64,000 nucleotides of DNA from the NCBI GenBank assembly GCA_964350985.1, contig CAYGLK010000002.1, positions 64,382 through 128,381 on the forward strand. The letters run 5' to 3'. The DNA is from an uncultured Candidatus Saccharibacteria bacterium (GTDB lineage: Bacteria; Patescibacteriota; Minisyncoccia; Phycocordibacterales; UBA918). Shown in pieces: positions 55,878 through 64,000 of this stretch (the first letter of the stretch is position 1; each line of letters starts with the position of its first letter). The notes under the pieces are model-generated. The model saw only the letters and a list, made by a program, of their open reading frames with translations. It was not told the origin of the DNA and searched no databases. Both the position numbers and the translations under genes were made by a program.

Positions 55878-56354
55878 ATGAATAACATCAAATTTACCCA
55901 CGAACTGATTAAGGGAAAGATTGCAGAAATTATCTTTGAACAGATGATACACAACACTAAAGGCTATACCGTATTAGAATTCGGCTACGAAAAAGTAGTC
56001 CATCAACTGGCCAAAGCCCCTAAGAGCGAAGACGCTAAAGCAATGATAGAAATTGTCCGCAAAGCCCCTGACTACGCCATAGTAAATGAAGACACTCACA
56101 ATGTGACCTTAGTTGAAATCAAATACATGGCTAAAAGAACTAATGGTAAAGTAAACGCTATTGCCAAAGAGATAGAAAAGTCTTGGCGACACGCTGCCCT
56201 CTTCATTGCTACACCAGATGGTTTTTTCTTTGATCAAGTAGACACTATCATCACAAACAAAGGTGCTATCAAACCCTTCCATCATGGCAAAATCCAACCA
56301 AAGCTTATAGATCAGTATCTAGCGATGTTAAATGAATTTATTGTGGTGAAGTAA
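55878..56354 (+). CDS. Hypothetical protein with possible PD-(D/E)xK nuclease-fold signature
   Basis: 158 aa; ...APDYAIV...VTLVEIKYM... matches the PD..(D/E)xK arrangement. Terminator aaaaccgcc-ttag-gcggtttt at 56376-56399. Confidence 0.4.
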   Translation: MNNIKFTHELIKGKIAEIIFEQMIHNTKGYTVLEFGYEKVVHQLAKAPKSEDAKAMIEIVRKAPDYAIVNEDTHNVTLVEIKYMAKRTNGKVNAIAKEIEKSWRHAALFIATPDGFFFDQVDTIITNKGAIKPFHHGKIQPKLIDQYLAMLNEFIVVK

Positions 56355-56451
56355 CAAAACGAAAGTAAAGCAAAGTAAAACCGCCTTAGGCGGTTTTACT
56401 TGTTCTAGAATCACAACACATAATCTTCAATTTTATTGTCTCTGTCTCTTT

Positions 56452-56895
56452 TTATATTTGGGAAGGCGATAGAATTACAATTTCATTACCAACAATTTTT
56501 TCAAGTCGTTTTCTTAGTCCTTCGTCACCAGAATAGATGGTGTGTTTTTCAGCATACTCTGCGAATGGTAGTTCTAAAGACCAAAATGCGCCCTTACTTT
56601 CAATCAGTGTTTTTGCTAGCGCAAGGAGCGAAACGTCACCCATACCTCGCATAGTATAAATTGATTTACCACCAACACTGTTTAAAATAAAATGATAATT
56701 CTTTAAGTAAAGCGCTTTCTGAAATGACTCCTCTTCAAAAAGATCAATTAAATATGTTAAAGGTGCAGCTTTATTCAACGCAATTTCGAGAGTGTATATT
56801 TCCTCAAGAATATCAGGCGTAACGAAAAAGTTTTCATCAATGATAATATTATTTTTCATAACAAAATTTAGCGCTGACGTATCAAGAATTTTCAT
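56452..56895 (-). CDS. PIN-domain protein (VapC-like nuclease fold)
   Basis: 147 aa starting MKILDTSAL (PIN N-terminal Asp motif); overlaps the upstream gene by 4 bp. Confidence 0.55.
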   Translation of the reverse strand: MKILDTSALNFVMKNNIIIDENFFVTPDILEEIYTLEIALNKAAPLTYLIDLFEEESFQKALYLKNYHFILNSVGGKSIYTMRGMGDVSLLALAKTLIESKGAFWSLELPFAEYAEKHTIYSGDEGLRKRLEKIVGNEIVILSPSQI

Positions 56896-58085
56896 AGGCT
56901 GTTTGCCTTACAGTAGGATTTGAAATCTTTATGCCGAGGACGCCCAAACAAAAGATACTGTGCCGGAACATTAGTAATTCCTTTTACTCGCAAACTGCGG
57001 TTAATTGATTCAGTTGAAATGCTTCCGCAAAATTTATTTGCTGCGTTTACCGGTGTGATTCTTTTCATTGGTTTGCTCGGCATTGATTTCTTTACGTATT
57101 TTGGTGGAAGCAAAGCTTTATAAACTGACAGACTTATTATTTTCCGACGAAGCAGGGTTGTTAAGACAGCAGTTGGCGTAAGATTGTAATCGTTTGCCAA
57201 GTTGTCTCTTGTTGTTGTGGTAACTATCTTGTCTCGTAAAGCTTCAGTAACTGAGAAGGGTAATAAGAAAGCTGTGACGATGTCGTGTAAATTTTTAACC
57301 CCGCCTTTCCTTTTAAGCATACTGGCACTGTGATGGCCTTCAATATAAAAGTCATACTGATCAAGACCAATACACGCAAGAAGGTAAATGAGCGTATAAA
57401 TTCTTCTCCCAGCTACATCATCAGGATTTATTTCGTCGGGTAGAAAAATATAAGGAACTTTTTCACTTTGTAAAACGAAACCGCTGGTATTTTTATAAAC
57501 AGTAATAAGGGTGGGGCTTTCCGGTAAAACTCCACCCTTAAGTACTCCCCTCGAGATATTTATGTTCTTTTTAGTGATTTGCGAAATAAGATATTCGAGC
57601 GCGTCTTCTTTATTTTTAGATCTAAATTTTTTAATATCAATTTCAAAGTGTTTGAGAGTGAAGTTAACTTGATCTATAAGAGTTCTTCCTTTGAAAGAAG
57701 AAACAAAGGCATTGTTGGTGTAATAGGAGTCGCTTTCGACAAAAGCCTGCAGTCGAATAAGTCTATCTATGATTCGTTTTGAAGTAACATTGCCTGAACC
57801 TTTACGTTTAGAAAAGCTGGTATTTTTAAACTTGTCCTTTCTCTGCAACTCAATAGAGTCAAGTTCTTTTTTTAAGTTTCCAATATTTAAAAAGAATATT
57901 TGCCAAGGGAGACAAATTGATTCACATTCACCTAATATAACGCTGTAACTGATATGACCAGCATCACGAGCGTCCCTAAGTAGAGGTCTGTCGAAAAGAC
58001 GTTCCTCGGGATATAACCGTAGAATCAAATCAAATACGTCGTCACTGATTTCGACCGCGTTATCTCGGCCAATTTTTACCCACAT
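56892..58085 (-). CDS. Hypothetical 397-aa protein translationally coupled to the PIN gene
   Basis: ATGA-type 4-bp overlap with the PIN gene; no catalytic motif recognised (no HExxH, no YxDD). Confidence 0.5.
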   Translation of the reverse strand: MWVKIGRDNAVEISDDVFDLILRLYPEERLFDRPLLRDARDAGHISYSVILGECESICLPWQIFFLNIGNLKKELDSIELQRKDKFKNTSFSKRKGSGNVTSKRIIDRLIRLQAFVESDSYYTNNAFVSSFKGRTLIDQVNFTLKHFEIDIKKFRSKNKEDALEYLISQITKKNINISRGVLKGGVLPESPTLITVYKNTSGFVLQSEKVPYIFLPDEINPDDVAGRRIYTLIYLLACIGLDQYDFYIEGHHSASMLKRKGGVKNLHDIVTAFLLPFSVTEALRDKIVTTTTRDNLANDYNLTPTAVLTTLLRRKIISLSVYKALLPPKYVKKSMPSKPMKRITPVNAANKFCGSISTESINRSLRVKGITNVPAQYLLFGRPRHKDFKSYCKANSL

Positions 58086-58289
58086 GGACCCAATTATGCG
58101 CCTCGTTTACACAATCGCAAGAGCTGTGTAATAAAGAGAAGATAAAATCTGGCAAAACAAACCAGAGTTGTGACTTTTAGTCGTATGACAGGTCAGATTT
58201 GCTATTAAAGCTCGGGCGCGCAGAAGTCCTCTCGCAAGGGAATGGACGACATTGTAATAAATTTTGTATAATACCTTCAAAAGGCCTTT

Positions 58290-58618
58290 GAAACACTAGC
58301 GGGAGATTTAGAGTGCCCATTTCTGTAGTCTAGGGGATCAACTCACTTCCCCCCTAGTCAGCGTTCATGTTGAGCGTTGACCCAGGGCGCGGAGAGGTGT
58401 GCCCCGGATTATTAGCGTAAGCAAACCAACCTATGACGAAAGTCAAAACAGGCGGCACCGCCTCGAAGTCAGGGCAATACCGTGTTTCGGAATCGAAATA
58501 AGAGATTACTCTGTCCAAAGGTGACCGAGTTCCTCCATACGGAGGCAAAGCGGTAACCTTTGTGCTAGTCGATAAGACCAAGCATAAGAAGTAATTGTCG
58601 TTTTCCCGCTAGTGTTTC
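58290..58618. ncRNA. 329-nt GC-rich structured element closed by a perfect 15-bp terminal inverted repeat (gaaacactagcggga / tcccgctagtgtttc); candidate ncRNA, strand undetermined
   Basis: About 55% GC against AT-rich flanks; internal hairpins CUAGGGG..CCCCCUAG and ggcggcaccgcc; no plausible ORF. Confidence 0.35.
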
Positions 58619-58625
58619 AGATGAT

Positions 58626-58916
58626 TTATTTTATAAGTAGGCTGACTATTGCAACCAACACACCCACTGAGGCCGCTATACCACCAACCCATGTTGCTGT
58701 GCGAATGGACTTTGTAAGTTGATCAGATGACTTGGCGGCGCTATCAAGCATATCAGCAAGTCTGTTGATGGCTTGATGGGGTGGCGCACCCGGAATATGC
58801 TTTTCGTGATGAAACCAAACCATTTTCCATAGGAATTTATCAACCTTATCTTCATAGGTCATATTTGGCCATTCTTCTCGCAATCTGCTTATTTCATCGT
58901 TTTCTCTGTTGAACAT
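58626..58916 (-). CDS. Small protein with C-terminal TM anchor, immediately downstream of the R-M gene
   Basis: 96 aa; start overlaps or abuts the stop of the 988-aa gene. Confidence 0.4.
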   Translation of the reverse strand: MFNRENDEISRLREEWPNMTYEDKVDKFLWKMVWFHHEKHIPGAPPHQAINRLADMLDSAAKSSDQLTKSIRTATWVGGIAASVGVLVAIVSLLIK

Positions 58917-58918
58917 AA

Positions 58919-61885
58919 TTAAATTTTATAAACTGAATCTATCTCCTTCATGATGCGATCTGTTTCGATAAGGGCAACGATAATTTTTTGGTAGTGTTCA
59001 ACATCTTCATGTGTTAGCTTTCGATCTTTGCGGTCTTTAAGCCACTTTTGGGCAGGTTGGTACCCACCAATATAGAAATTCCAAGCAACTTCTGGTACGT
59101 CACCAAAACACTGCTCGCTATTGATGTAAACGTTGCTATTTTTGTAGGAAATTTTCTCCACTAAATTCTCTCCTGATACAGAGTAACTTGTCACAAAATT
59201 ATAAAGTTTTGTTGATTCCATCAGATGAATCTTTTGAAGCTCTACTCCTAGTTGTGACAATGATTGGTATGACTTAGCGTTACTAGGGAACGGTATACTA
59301 GGAAAGTTTATTTTCAAAAACTCACCGTAATTATCACGGTATGTATGAGAGTATAGAGTCGCGTATATATATCCGAAAAGCTTCTCTGCATCTGTATCAC
59401 CAACAACACTTTCAATCTTTCTGTAGATTTCTGGCTCAAAGTTGTTCATTCCTTCACCATGGTCATCGTAAACATACAAAGGGAAATGATAGGATCCAGT
59501 ACTACTCTCGGCGGTCTTCATCTCTGATAAAGTATCTGAAACAAAGTAGTGATTAGTAAAACCAGATTTTGACTGTCTACCAGAAAGTAGATTAATGTTA
59601 TTTTTGAGAGAATGTTTCATCTGTTCTTTTCTGTGTCGTTCAACAAGTTTTGTATCATAGTAAATAAATCGAACGTCAAAAGGTCTGTAAAGTATTCTCT
59701 CGACTAATTCCTCATCATAGTCAATAGGATCGACTCCATGCGCTAGAACCTGTAGTCGTAACTCTTCCTTCGAAAAACCTATAACAACAGCGTCTCTGTG
59801 TGTTTTAATCCCAGCTGCTTTTACGAGGAACAGGTCTTCAATAGAGAAGTTTTGGTTGTATTCTTCCTCAAGTTCAAAATTTTTGGGAACAAAAAAGAAG
59901 TATGGATCTTTACTATCTAATTTTTTCCACTCAGTGTTTTCGATGTTTGAATTTGTAAGTTTAGAATATTTACTTTTTTGTGTTCCATACAAGTCGGCAT
60001 GCCAAACGTTTGCTAAGTTTTTGCTTCCACCGCTTTTTTTAACTAGGATTGAGATTGCGACTCCTTGCTGAATCTCAAAAACATTTTCATCTTTACTTCC
60101 GTCTGGTGATTTCTCTTTTTTATTTGAATCTCCATGTAAATTGTATATATAAATGTCATCAAAAGTTTCTAGCAAATGTTTACGCATCTGACGGTGAACA
60201 ATGCCATCAACAAAAGAATTATTGGTGATCATGGCAATGATTCCAGACTCATTCTTTTCAATAAAATGCTCAGCCAGTCTCAGGAATTTTACATAGTCGT
60301 CAGACAAAGCGTTGTAACTTTTCTCTTCGAGACCATTTTTGTAGACCTTAACTAAATCTTGAATCCACTTACCTTTATTACTTGAGCTGGGACTATACGG
60401 TGGATTTCCAATAATAACCATAATTGGGGTATCATTCTTTATTTTGCTGGCCTCTTTAGATTCTTCGGCAATACTTTCAGCAAAACCGAATCCAGAGAAC
60501 ACAGAATCTTGTGGAGCTGTTTCTTCCAAGGAATTTGTTAGAAATATGTTTAGTCGCCGATGAAAATTCCAGAAACCTGTCTTTTTAAATGCCATACTCA
60601 ACTTTAAATGAGCGATAGTATACGGCCCCATCATCAACTCAAATGCGTGGATGCGTGGCAGTAAATCGTGGTGCACATAGGCTGGCCATGAACCTTCTTG
60701 CTTTGATTTCAAAATACGTTCGTATATTGTTCGAATTACTGCACTAATGAAAGTCCCTGTTCCGGTGGCAGGGTCAAGCACTTGTACTTTATGTATACCG
60801 TTTTCATGCTTACTTGTATCTGCTAGGCCACGAGCGAGACCAAAATCCTTCTCGAGTATTTTATCAACTGATTTCACAATAAATCGAACTACTGGAGTCG
60901 GTGTGTAGTAAGCACCCATTTTCTTTCGTAACTCAGGATCATACTCTTTGAGAAAGTCCTCATAGAAGTGAATGACCGGATCAGGTCCTTCTGTCTCATC
61001 ACCCCAAAGAGTCTTGCCGAAATATTGTGTCATCAAGTCTTTTACGTCTGCATGGCGAAAGACCTCACATAATTCATCGACAATATAACCTAGTTTTGGC
61101 TCAAAATTTACCCCTGCAATATGGTCGAAGAAGTGTGCAAGAAAAGGATTAGACGCTGGTACCAAATCGCGTGCTTCTGAACGACTGAAAGTTTCCGGTG
61201 TTTCGTCACTGTATCGAGCAACAAAAAGTCCGTATACCAGGGTCTGAGCATACATATCTGCAAAAGACTCTTTGGACATATCGTGCACAAGCAGATTTCG
61301 CATTGTTTCAAACACTTTTTGGACGTCTGTCACCTTATCTCGGTTGAGTATGCTGAGTACGTTGTCACTTAGTCTTCGCGCCTTGCCACCCATAATCTCC
61401 GCGAGATGTTTACCATCTTTAATTGGTTCAGCTTCACCATGCAAAAAGTCAGAAAGAGCATTCAAAAGTCTTTCAAATTGTTCAGTGTTTGAAACTAAAT
61501 GACCATTTTGTATATGAGCGATTCTGATTGGATCTTCGTACACGACTCCGTTTCTAAAAAAGCGAAATTCTAGATAATCAGTAAGAATTAGGTTTGAATA
61601 TCCTAAATATCTTTGCATCTGGTCGGATTTTTCCACCTTATCCAAATCAACACCAATATCTTTTGTTTCTGTGTAGCCTACGGTTACATCACCTCTGAGG
61701 AATACAAAGTCAGGATTTCCATGAGCACTTCTTGAAGGGTCATTAAGTATCTTAAGTGACGCATCAAGCTCGTGGATGAGTCTTTCGAAAACTGGTCTGT
61801 ATGCATGCTCACGTGCTTGGCCAGTCTGAAATTTGTCGTTTACTGATGCAAAGTATTCCTCAAGTAGTTTTGACGAGTATGCCAT
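58919..61885 (-). CDS. Type IIG/IIL single-chain restriction-modification enzyme (N-terminal PD-(D/E)xK nuclease, gamma-class N6-adenine methyltransferase, C-terminal target-recognition domain); MmeI-like
   Basis: 988 aa; MTase motif I VLDPATGTGTF and motif IV NPPY (VIIGNPPYSPS); GAYYTP; N-terminal D..E.K region DFVFLRGDVTVGYTETKDIG. Confidence 0.75.
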   Translation of the reverse strand: MAYSSKLLEEYFASVNDKFQTGQAREHAYRPVFERLIHELDASLKILNDPSRSAHGNPDFVFLRGDVTVGYTETKDIGVDLDKVEKSDQMQRYLGYSNLILTDYLEFRFFRNGVVYEDPIRIAHIQNGHLVSNTEQFERLLNALSDFLHGEAEPIKDGKHLAEIMGGKARRLSDNVLSILNRDKVTDVQKVFETMRNLLVHDMSKESFADMYAQTLVYGLFVARYSDETPETFSRSEARDLVPASNPFLAHFFDHIAGVNFEPKLGYIVDELCEVFRHADVKDLMTQYFGKTLWGDETEGPDPVIHFYEDFLKEYDPELRKKMGAYYTPTPVVRFIVKSVDKILEKDFGLARGLADTSKHENGIHKVQVLDPATGTGTFISAVIRTIYERILKSKQEGSWPAYVHHDLLPRIHAFELMMGPYTIAHLKLSMAFKKTGFWNFHRRLNIFLTNSLEETAPQDSVFSGFGFAESIAEESKEASKIKNDTPIMVIIGNPPYSPSSSNKGKWIQDLVKVYKNGLEEKSYNALSDDYVKFLRLAEHFIEKNESGIIAMITNNSFVDGIVHRQMRKHLLETFDDIYIYNLHGDSNKKEKSPDGSKDENVFEIQQGVAISILVKKSGGSKNLANVWHADLYGTQKSKYSKLTNSNIENTEWKKLDSKDPYFFFVPKNFELEEEYNQNFSIEDLFLVKAAGIKTHRDAVVIGFSKEELRLQVLAHGVDPIDYDEELVERILYRPFDVRFIYYDTKLVERHRKEQMKHSLKNNINLLSGRQSKSGFTNHYFVSDTLSEMKTAESSTGSYHFPLYVYDDHGEGMNNFEPEIYRKIESVVGDTDAEKLFGYIYATLYSHTYRDNYGEFLKINFPSIPFPSNAKSYQSLSQLGVELQKIHLMESTKLYNFVTSYSVSGENLVEKISYKNSNVYINSEQCFGDVPEVAWNFYIGGYQPAQKWLKDRKDRKLTHEDVEHYQKIIVALIETDRIMKEIDSVYKI

Positions 61886-62023
61886 AATTATTTCAAAAGT
61901 TCATAAACTGAAACGCTGAGTGCGTGAACTAAATTGTAAATGATGGCGAGATTTGGATTCATATCCATTAAGAGTATCACTTTCCACCTCCTCACTCAAA
62001 CAACCATTATTAAGTAACGCTTC

Positions 62024-62314
62024 TCAATTCAAAACCACCATTTCCCAAACCAAATAAAGTGTAGCTAGGTTTTGTAAAATAAGCAGTGGAATACCTAATT
62101 GGAAGTACCATTTGCGGGTTTTGTGACGGAAGGCAAGCATGCCGAGGTAGGCGCCGGCTGCACCCATGGCCGCAGCAATGAAGAAAATAAGCCCTTCGGG
62201 AATACGATCAAAATCTCCTCCCTTTCTAGAGATTCGCTTGTCATTTCCCATGACCAAAAAAGCCACAAGGTTGATGGCCGCAAAAACACCAATGAGTATG
62301 TATTCAAGAGACAT
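62024..62314 (-). CDS. DUF1294-like small membrane protein
   Basis: 96 aa, three TM helices. Confidence 0.45.
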   Translation of the reverse strand: MSLEYILIGVFAAINLVAFLVMGNDKRISRKGGDFDRIPEGLIFFIAAAMGAAGAYLGMLAFRHKTRKWYFQLGIPLLILQNLATLYLVWEMVVLN

Positions 62315-62322
62315 ATAAGTGG

Positions 62323-63498
62323 TTACTCCAGAATAACATTCCGACGATCTTCGTAGATATAGTATCCGCCTTCATCGCTTCCATAGATAGCTCCGTTCTC
62401 CCACTTCACCTTAAAACTAGAGTCATTAAAGTGTCCTTCCATGTTGCCAAGAGGCATCACCTGCTCAACTTGTAGTGCCCCGAGAGTACCGGCTAGTGCC
62501 ACAGCTACTATCCAGACCACGCCAAGGGTGACGGTCTTTTGGACGGTAAAGTAATTACACTTAGCTAAGAGACAAGCTCCGGCCACTATCAAAACTATTA
62601 GTGGTATCGTCACCACAATAAATGAAGATACTAGAGCAATAATTCCCAAGGCACTACTTAGTAGTGTTTCAAGTACGAGCTCAACTTCTGGCGGGAACAA
62701 AACCTTTTCTGAGAAAAGCAGAACGCTATAAGCCGACACCACTCCGGCAATACCGAGTGCCCCGGCAACAATAGCAACAATACCCACTACATACCGCAGT
62801 ACCAAAACGACGAACATCAAAACCGTTCCGATAATTCGAAATAATTTATCAAGGAAACTGCGGGCCCCCGACCAAGCGCCTTTAGTTTTTTCGTAATCGT
62901 ACTGATCGATATCAGTTAAGTTTTTTTTTACGCGTTCGGTGATATCTTGGAGTGTGACTCGCTCGCCGCGCATGGCGTACTTGTCTGCTGTGGTCTTAGC
63001 TATCGGTACCACTAGCCAGAGAATAATATAGACCAAGAGTCCAAGACCATTAAAGAAGATAGAAATGACAAAGATGAGACGAACTACCACTGGATCAATA
63101 CCAAAGTAATTGGCGAGACCTGAAGAAACACCAGCGATGACAGCATTGTCTTTATCACGGTATAGTCTCTTTTTTGGTTCAGGCTCTGTTTCTTTAGGTA
63201 CAGCTGTTTGGTTTGTGTTTGCAGCCTCTTCTTCACCAGTACCAAACTCAACCGGACTACCCATCTCACTAATCACGACCTCAACATCAGTAGATGTTAC
63301 AGCCATTTTTTCACTTCGTTTGCGAGCCATAAACTTCTCAGCAATAGCAATCTCGACGTCATCAATGATTTCCTTGATATCATCACTGTTCTTAAGGTTG
63401 TTTTTTATTTGCTCAAGATACGTGGCTAAAACGCTATAAGCGTCTTCATCAATTGCAAAGACGATACTGCCGAGGGTGATATTAATTACTTTTTTCAT
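62323..63498 (-). CDS. PspC-domain membrane protein (phage-shock-protein-C-like stress sensor)
   Basis: 391 aa; PspC domain RLYRDKDNAVIAGVSSGLANYFGIDPVVVRLIFV followed by TM segments. Confidence 0.7.
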   Translation of the reverse strand: MKKVINITLGSIVFAIDEDAYSVLATYLEQIKNNLKNSDDIKEIIDDVEIAIAEKFMARKRSEKMAVTSTDVEVVISEMGSPVEFGTGEEEAANTNQTAVPKETEPEPKKRLYRDKDNAVIAGVSSGLANYFGIDPVVVRLIFVISIFFNGLGLLVYIILWLVVPIAKTTADKYAMRGERVTLQDITERVKKNLTDIDQYDYEKTKGAWSGARSFLDKLFRIIGTVLMFVVLVLRYVVGIVAIVAGALGIAGVVSAYSVLLFSEKVLFPPEVELVLETLLSSALGIIALVSSFIVVTIPLIVLIVAGACLLAKCNYFTVQKTVTLGVVWIVAVALAGTLGALQVEQVMPLGNMEGHFNDSSFKVKWENGAIYGSDEGGYYIYEDRRNVILE

Positions 63499-63843
63499 AA
63501 TGATTGATTAGTGTGTTTACTGAAGTATCAAGTGATCTCCATGATGTTTCTAGTTGTTGTAAGACTTCTTTCCCTTGAATCGTGATGGTGTACATTTTTC
63601 TTGGTGGACCGCTTTTGCTCTCTTGCCACTCATACTCCACCAGACCGGAACGCTTTAGGCGAGAGAGTAGTGGGTAGAGGGTACCTTCCACTACTAGCAA
63701 GTTGGCATTCTTAAGTTGCTTTAAGATATCCGGCGCATAGGTGGGTTTGGCACCAATTATTAAAAGGATCGGGAATTCCAGAAAGCCTTTTCGCATCTGC
63801 GATTTGGCATTCTCGACGTTATATTCTTGTTTTTCATCACTCA
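63482..63843 (-). CDS. PadR-family transcriptional regulator; start at the internal ATG
   Basis: GTLYPLLSRLKRSGLVEYEW winged-helix motif of PadR; overlaps the PspC gene, a common PadR-PspC pairing. Confidence 0.7.
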
Positions 63844-64000
63844 TGCTAGTACCGTAACATGTAGTACTGTGTAATGCAAGGTACCTTACTGCTATAATTG
63901 TTAATAGCCCCTTCTCCTTCACTCTAGTGATCTTGTATAGGACACTCCATTTCAATCAAAAATACTTAAAATTAGTTCAGAGATTTCTACAAATATAAAA

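Noticed and set aside
58290-58618. Retron msr/msd interpretation of the inverted-repeat-bounded element
   Set aside because: Retron ncRNAs are flanked by a1/a2 inverted repeats, but they require an adjacent reverse transcriptase. No ORF in the window has RT motifs (no YxDD).
1-64000. CRISPR arrays, transposases, integrases, rRNA genes
   Set aside because: No regularly spaced short direct repeats with unique spacers were seen. No ORF has DDE or tyrosine/serine-recombinase motifs. There are no rRNA-like conserved stretches.

Overview
This 64 kb window is AT-rich (roughly 35-40% GC by eye) and its gene content looks like a Patescibacteria/CPR genome. Saccharibacteria-like is my inference, resting on a Gram-positive-style type IV pilus operon next to ComF, many lysine/glutamate-rich N-terminal tails, small intergenic spaces and few biosynthetic genes.

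Core content, in order:
- Type IV pilus operon on the minus strand: pilM, pilN, pilO, a small membrane ORF, pilB, a CheY-like receiver, pilT, pilC, with a divergent comF.
- Membrane and sensor genes: a CHASE2 adenylate/guanylate cyclase paired with a FecR-domain protein, a second FecR paralogue, an AI-2E transporter and a DUF389-like membrane protein.
- Housekeeping genes: malic enzyme, RecG, a class A PBP convergent with a 2362-aa alpha-2-macroglobulin-family protein, a MacAB-like ABC efflux trio, FtsH, and SmpB followed by tmRNA.
- A PadR/PspC pair at the right edge.

The unusual parts:
1. A GC-rich, apparently horizontally acquired block at about 48.2-55.2 kb. Its core is a four-gene minus-strand operon encoding a kinase-like protein, a vWA-like protein, a strongly divergent adenylosuccinate-synthetase (PurA/PurZ-family) homologue and an unknown protein. 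This is my best candidate for an undescribed system.
2. Three tRNA loci (a tRNA-Ser GCU with an 18-nt anticodon arm, a type II tRNA with an apparent ACU anticodon, and a tRNA with a UAU anticodon). Each is followed by the same architecture: terminator, inverted copy of the tRNA 3' tail, then a tandem array of degenerate tRNA-3'-half-like units. Loci 2 and 3 share an approximately 70-nt module.
3. Two GC-rich, hairpin-dense non-coding islands (23.5 kb and 35.6-36.9 kb). The second carries consensus sigma70 promoters and tiny GC-rich ORFs.
4. A defence-like island at 56.4-61.9 kb: a PIN gene overlapping a 397-aa partner, a 329-nt GC-rich element closed by a perfect 15-bp terminal inverted repeat, a small membrane protein and a Type IIG restriction-modification enzyme.

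I found no CRISPR array, rRNA, transposase or integrase.
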